A stretch of 9,796 nucleotides of DNA from Paraphysomonas bandaiensis (lineage: Eukaryota; Protista; Chrysophyceae), in the NCBI GenBank assembly GCA_965644295.1, contig CBFFRP010000650.1:1-9796 (forward strand), read 5' to 3'. Shown here one piece after another: positions 6,661 through 9,796 of this stretch; the first letter of the stretch is position 1, and each line of letters opens with the position of its first letter. The notes under the pieces are model-generated. The model was not told the DNA's origin, searched no databases, and worked only from the letters and a program-made list of their open reading frames with translations. The translations under genes were made by a program, and so were the position numbers.

Positions 6661-8111
6661 TTAGTCCGGTGGTCTTCCTTTGGGTAATGTCTCTGCCGGT
6701 CCGGAGCCACTTGTGGACCGGGATGTGGAGGGTGGGGTTTTGATTCGGGGGTGTGAGTCGGTGACAGAGGATCCGGGAGCTCCAGTCGTGTCTGGGTTTC
6801 GTTTGTAGGTGAGAGTCGTTTGTATCCGGGCCGGATTTGCAGGCCTGCGTTGTGATCGAGTTCGCGTGGGGGGCTTGGCTCTAGGGGTGGATGTTGCTTG
6901 GAAGAGTTGAAGGATTGCCGAGTTGGTGGTAGTGTGAGTGCGGTGTGGTTGTGAGGTTGTAGGAGTCGAGGGTTGTGTTAGTGGTGTTACCTTGATGTTG
7001 TGATGTCTGCAGCCTCTGTTTTTGAGCATGTTCATCCCTCCGTTGTAGAGAGGGAGTAGAATCTTGGTGACAGATTGCTCGAGTTTGTGGAACTGATATT
7101 CGGGTAGTGGCGTGGAGATGTTACAGCCGAAGGCGTTTGCTAGTTGCGATGCGGTGAGTTGGCCGGTCCAGTATCTTTCAATTTGGGGTGTGTTAGGATC
7201 CCATGCAGCCTTTGCCAATTTGTTCAAAGCGGTGTGGAACCATGGGCGAGGGTGTCGTTGCCTGTGAAGTTTGTCTAGTTGTGATTGCTGTGTTTGGAAG
7301 GCGTGTTCGCGTATGAGAGCAATCTCCGGTTGTGTGCATTGGAGGAGCATGTGTGCTATGTTGTCCGTTGTGTGATCGCAGTCTGTGCATTTGGCGGCTG
7401 TCGTGAGGTCGTCCCCGGCTTTGCCCTTTGCTCGGTTTCTGCCGATTGCGTATGATTTGTCCCATACATATGCAGTTTCGCGTATGCGGTCTTGGAGCGA
7501 GACGTAGCATTTTGGGGAGTTATTGGTGCGGAGGGGGTGAAGTTTGTGTGGAAGCCTTGTACCGCTACGTGTCCAATACTGTGGGTCTCGGCTTGTACGT
7601 GCGGCGTACGTGCCATCTCTCGTGAGTGTGTACTGGTGGAGGTCCCATTGGTGTTGGAGTTCTGTGACGTCCCCTAGCATGGGGCCACTGTCTGTGAGAA
7701 GATACTTGTCGTATCTCCTCCAGTGCCATTGACCAGTAGTGAGGAATTCCTCTAGGAGGTGTGTGATTTCAGTTGTGACCACTCTGTAGTTGGTGGCGCC
7801 GAGTATTTTGTTGATCGTTGTCCAGTCCCCGCTGGCGGCCGCGTCAGCTATGTAGATGCCATGGTCGTTGTAGGTCCATTTACTTTGGTCTGGCGTTCGG
7901 CGTTCGGGGTGGGAACGAACCCATTTGATTGGACGCTGTTTGTGATGTTCTGTGGCAAGGCATTCGTAAAAGACGCCCTGTGGCTTCGTGCCTCTAGTGC
8001 TCTCCTCCTGCGTGACAGGGCTTCTGTGGTTCGTGTTTGAACTGCCTGACAGTCAGTACACATGGGCACAGTGGGTGATATGACTTTGGAGAACATTAGG
8101 GCAGCTGACAT
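6661..8111 (-). pseudogene. Retrotransposon polyprotein fragment: RNase H C-half plus CCHC region, one frameshift near 7993
   Basis: ORF 7848..8111 begins MSAALMFSKVISPTVPMCTDCQAV (TDxxAV catalytic Asp). After an apparent 2-nt insertion near 7993 the frame of ORF 6661..7782 reads GTKPQGVFYECLATEHHKQRPIKWVRSHPERRTPDQSKWTYNDHGIYIADAAASG, equivalent to the WVxxH...GNxxAD motifs of type 1 RNase H. Confidence 0.85.
8099..8111. repeat. 13-bp direct repeat, candidate target-site duplication (left copy)
   Basis: GGGCAGCTGACAT, identical to 9657-9669 and located exactly at the 3' end of element C. Confidence 0.7.
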
Positions 8112-8217
8112 ATAGAAATGTCTGATTATTACAAGAGAACGGTTGTATCTAGAATTTGTAATGTAGCTATGTGGACTTAATAATATGAGTCGCTATTTAC
8201 TATAAATTCTTCAACCA

Positions 8218-8271
8218 TCTCGGGACTGCTTGTGCATTGCTGCAAGCACACTTGGTGCAACCATCCCTTGT
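8218..8271 (-). other. Conserved, putatively structured 3'-UTR motif (element C)
   Basis: Reverse complement reads ACAAGGGATGGTTGCACCAAGTGTGCTTGCAGCAATGCACAAGCAGTCCCGAGA. The 1-nt insertion falls in the loop of the GCAC/GTGC hairpin. Confidence 0.7.
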
Positions 8272-8278
8272 ATTGGAG

Positions 8279-9532
8279 TTAGTCCGGGGGTCTACCTTTG
8301 GGCAGTGTTTCTGGCGTTCCAGTGCCGCAAGTTACTTGAGGAGTGGAGTGAATGACATGCATGTGGGAGAGTAAGTTGGTTACGGAACGTCTGCTAGTCC
8401 TTGTGTTAGGAGTGCTCTCTATGGCAAGTAGTAGTTGTTTCCGGAGTGGATGTGCAGGCCTGGGCTGGGGTCGGGTTCGAGTGGGGGGTATGATTCTAGG
8501 AGTGGATGTTGCTCGGAGTAGTTTCGGAGTGGGGTCGGTCCTCTGGGTGGGGTGTATTGCATCGGGGGATGTGGGGAGCTGTATCGCATAGGTTCTTTGC
8601 GTCGAGCACAATGTGTAGACATGGCTACATGGCTCATATGGCATGGAACACAACAGCGGCTTCGAAATGGGACGGTGTGTGCGTGTTGAGTGGAATAGAG
8701 TGGGCGGAGGTAACGGTGAAACGGAGGTTCTCTGCGGTCGGCACCATGTGTAGACTAGACTGCATCGCGACGAAAATAAGGCATGGACAGGTCGATATGG
8801 CTCATGAATATTAAGGAGTTGTGTGTGTGTATAGTTAATGTGTAGGGGGTTATGTAAGGAGGTACAGTGGCATAGTGTAGGAGGGAGTAGATGCAGTGAG
8901 GGTGGAGTGTGTCGGTGTGTGATCAGGAGGGCGTATACATCAGAATACTGGAGTGGTAGGGAGGAGCGTATAAGGGCTGTAGTACTCATCATGTGTAGAG
9001 GCGGGAGGCGGTGGATTGTGTGTACTCTGCACAATATACAGTGTAATATACGGTGTATTCCAGTGGTGTAGGTTGCGTGTATATGACTGAGTATCGGTGG
9101 TGTGTGTGATGATGTTGGAGTGGGTGTGATGGAGGAGTGTAAAGTATGAAAACACCGTAGACGAGGTTTGTGATGAAGCTCTGGCACCCTTAATATTCCA
9201 CAGGGCGTGTTCGGTGCAAGTAGGTGCCTCCAGGGTGGTTTCGGGTGTTGTGGGATAGGCCAGTAAGCTTGGAGCAGCGTTTCCAGCTGTTGCAATGAGC
9301 TGATGGGGGCGAAATTGGCTGTTGAGTAAACCCGCAGAATGGGGACCCTGTCGGATATGCAGACTGCGAGGATGGCACTGGGGGAGGCCATGCTGTGGGT
9401 CAGAGCAACACTGCCAGGGCTGCATCCCTGCACTGGAGTGTGTGTAGGCTCTATTTGTAATTTGTTATTGGGTGTTTGTTGGGCGTCCATCCAAAGACCT
9501 GAATCTGTAGGTGTTTGGTAGTTGTGGTGCAT
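8279..9532 (-). CDS. 417-aa H/T/P/L-rich ORF of element C, unknown function, ending in the family C-terminal tail
   Basis: Uninterrupted ORF in frame with TLPKGRPPD*. No recognisable domain in the first ~330 aa. The C/A-rich strand makes long ORFs easier to obtain by chance, so coding status is uncertain. Confidence 0.35.
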   Translation of the reverse strand: MHHNYQTPTDSGLWMDAQQTPNNKLQIEPTHTPVQGCSPGSVALTHSMASPSAILAVCISDRVPILRVYSTANFAPISSLQQLETLLQAYWPIPQHPKPPWRHLLAPNTPCGILRVPELHHKPRLRCFHTLHSSITPTPTSSHTPPILSHIHATYTTGIHRILHCILCRVHTIHRLPPLHMMSTTALIRSSLPLQYSDVYALLITHRHTPPSLHLLPPTLCHCTSLHNPLHINYTHTQLLNIHEPYRPVHALFSSRCSLVYTWCRPQRTSVSPLPPPTLFHSTRTHRPISKPLLCSMPYEPCSHVYTLCSTQRTYAIQLPTSPDAIHPTQRTDPTPKLLRATSTPRIIPPTRTRPQPRPAHPLRKQLLLAIESTPNTRTSRRSVTNLLSHMHVIHSTPQVTCGTGTPETLPKGRPPD

Positions 9533-9656
9533 GGGACAATTTGTAGTTGTAGTGTGGTCACCGTGAGGTGGATGTGGTCATGTGGACCGAGGTAGAGCGT
9601 GTAATAAGAAGTTTTCTTAAATGGTGCCTGTTGCTTCCTAGAGCTAGAGAATTGTT

Positions 9657-9669
9657 GGGCAGCTGACAT
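9657..9669. repeat. 13-bp direct repeat, candidate target-site duplication (right copy)
   Basis: GGGCAGCTGACAT, identical to 8099-8111. Both copies encode MSAA on the - strand. Confidence 0.7.
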
Positions 9670-9796
9670 CGCGAGGGTCTCGTATGTGTATGATGTTAGT
9701 CCAGGTGTGGAGTGCTCCGGGGTTGTGAGGTGAAGGATTTTGGTTGGTCTGTGACTCCAGTTGTTTTTGGGCGGGAGCCACACAATTGCTGCTCCC
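9657..9796 (-). pseudogene. N-terminal part of the retrotransposon RNase H domain (continues beyond the window)
   Basis: Reads GAAIVWLPPKNNWSHRPTKILHLTTPEHSTPGLTSYTYETLAMSAA. GAAIV matches the strand that follows the DGS motif, and TSYTYETLA matches the catalytic Glu helix. It joins seamlessly to MSAALMFS...TDCQAV at 8111. Confidence 0.75.

Larger units (their letters stand above)
6502..8111 (-). mobile_element. Non-LTR retrotransposon copy B, 3' segment (C-terminal half of RNase H to the 3' end)
   Basis: Same ORF end, 3'-UTR motif and terminal box as copy A. CCHC knuckle CTDCDHTTDNIAHMLLQC at 7389-7336. RNase H-like motifs lie upstream. Confidence 0.88.
8112..9656 (-). mobile_element. Element C: putative non-autonomous derivative sharing only the last ~430 bp with the LINE family, nested in the RNase H domain of copy B
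   Basis: About 8112-8540 is homologous to the 3' ends of A and B (ATSTPR..P.TR.RPQ.RPAHP...TLPKGRPPD, RNA motif, terminal box). About 8540-9650 lacks the RNase H C-half and the CCHC region. The element is flanked by 13-bp direct repeats. Confidence 0.7.

Noticed and set aside
1-7830. LTR pair, terminal inverted repeats or a composite transposon carrying the two genes
   Set aside because: The repeats are diverged coding 3' ends of LINE-like ORFs, with their 3' ends facing inward and mostly synonymous differences. They are independent insertions.

Overview
Eukaryotic (probably protist-type) genomic DNA with very short spliceosomal introns (45-47 nt). The centre holds two divergently transcribed host genes: a Rab-GAP TBC-domain gene (- strand, about 3813-2373, three inferred introns) and a MICOS subunit Mic10 gene (+ strand, 4311-4592, one intron). 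Both flanks are decayed members of one RNase H-encoding non-LTR retrotransposon (LINE-like) family. Copy A (1-1327, +) is cut by the window edge. Copy B (- strand, 6502-8111, continuing at 9657-9796) appears to have its RNase H domain split by a nested 1.55-kb derivative, element C (8112-9656), which is flanked by a 13-bp direct repeat. All three elements share a 3' cassette: an invariant C-terminal peptide TLPKGRPPD-stop encoded with synonymous changes only, a ~53-nt near-invariant foldable RNA motif, and a terminal box ending in TATATGT with no poly(A). Also present are a 6-unit ~90-100 bp tandem array with an embedded hairpin, a 42-bp duplication of an intron acceptor, a CCTAGTCA motif cluster and a (GTGAA)n microsatellite. 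The reverse transcriptase and endonuclease domains are not in the window, so the clade cannot be assigned.
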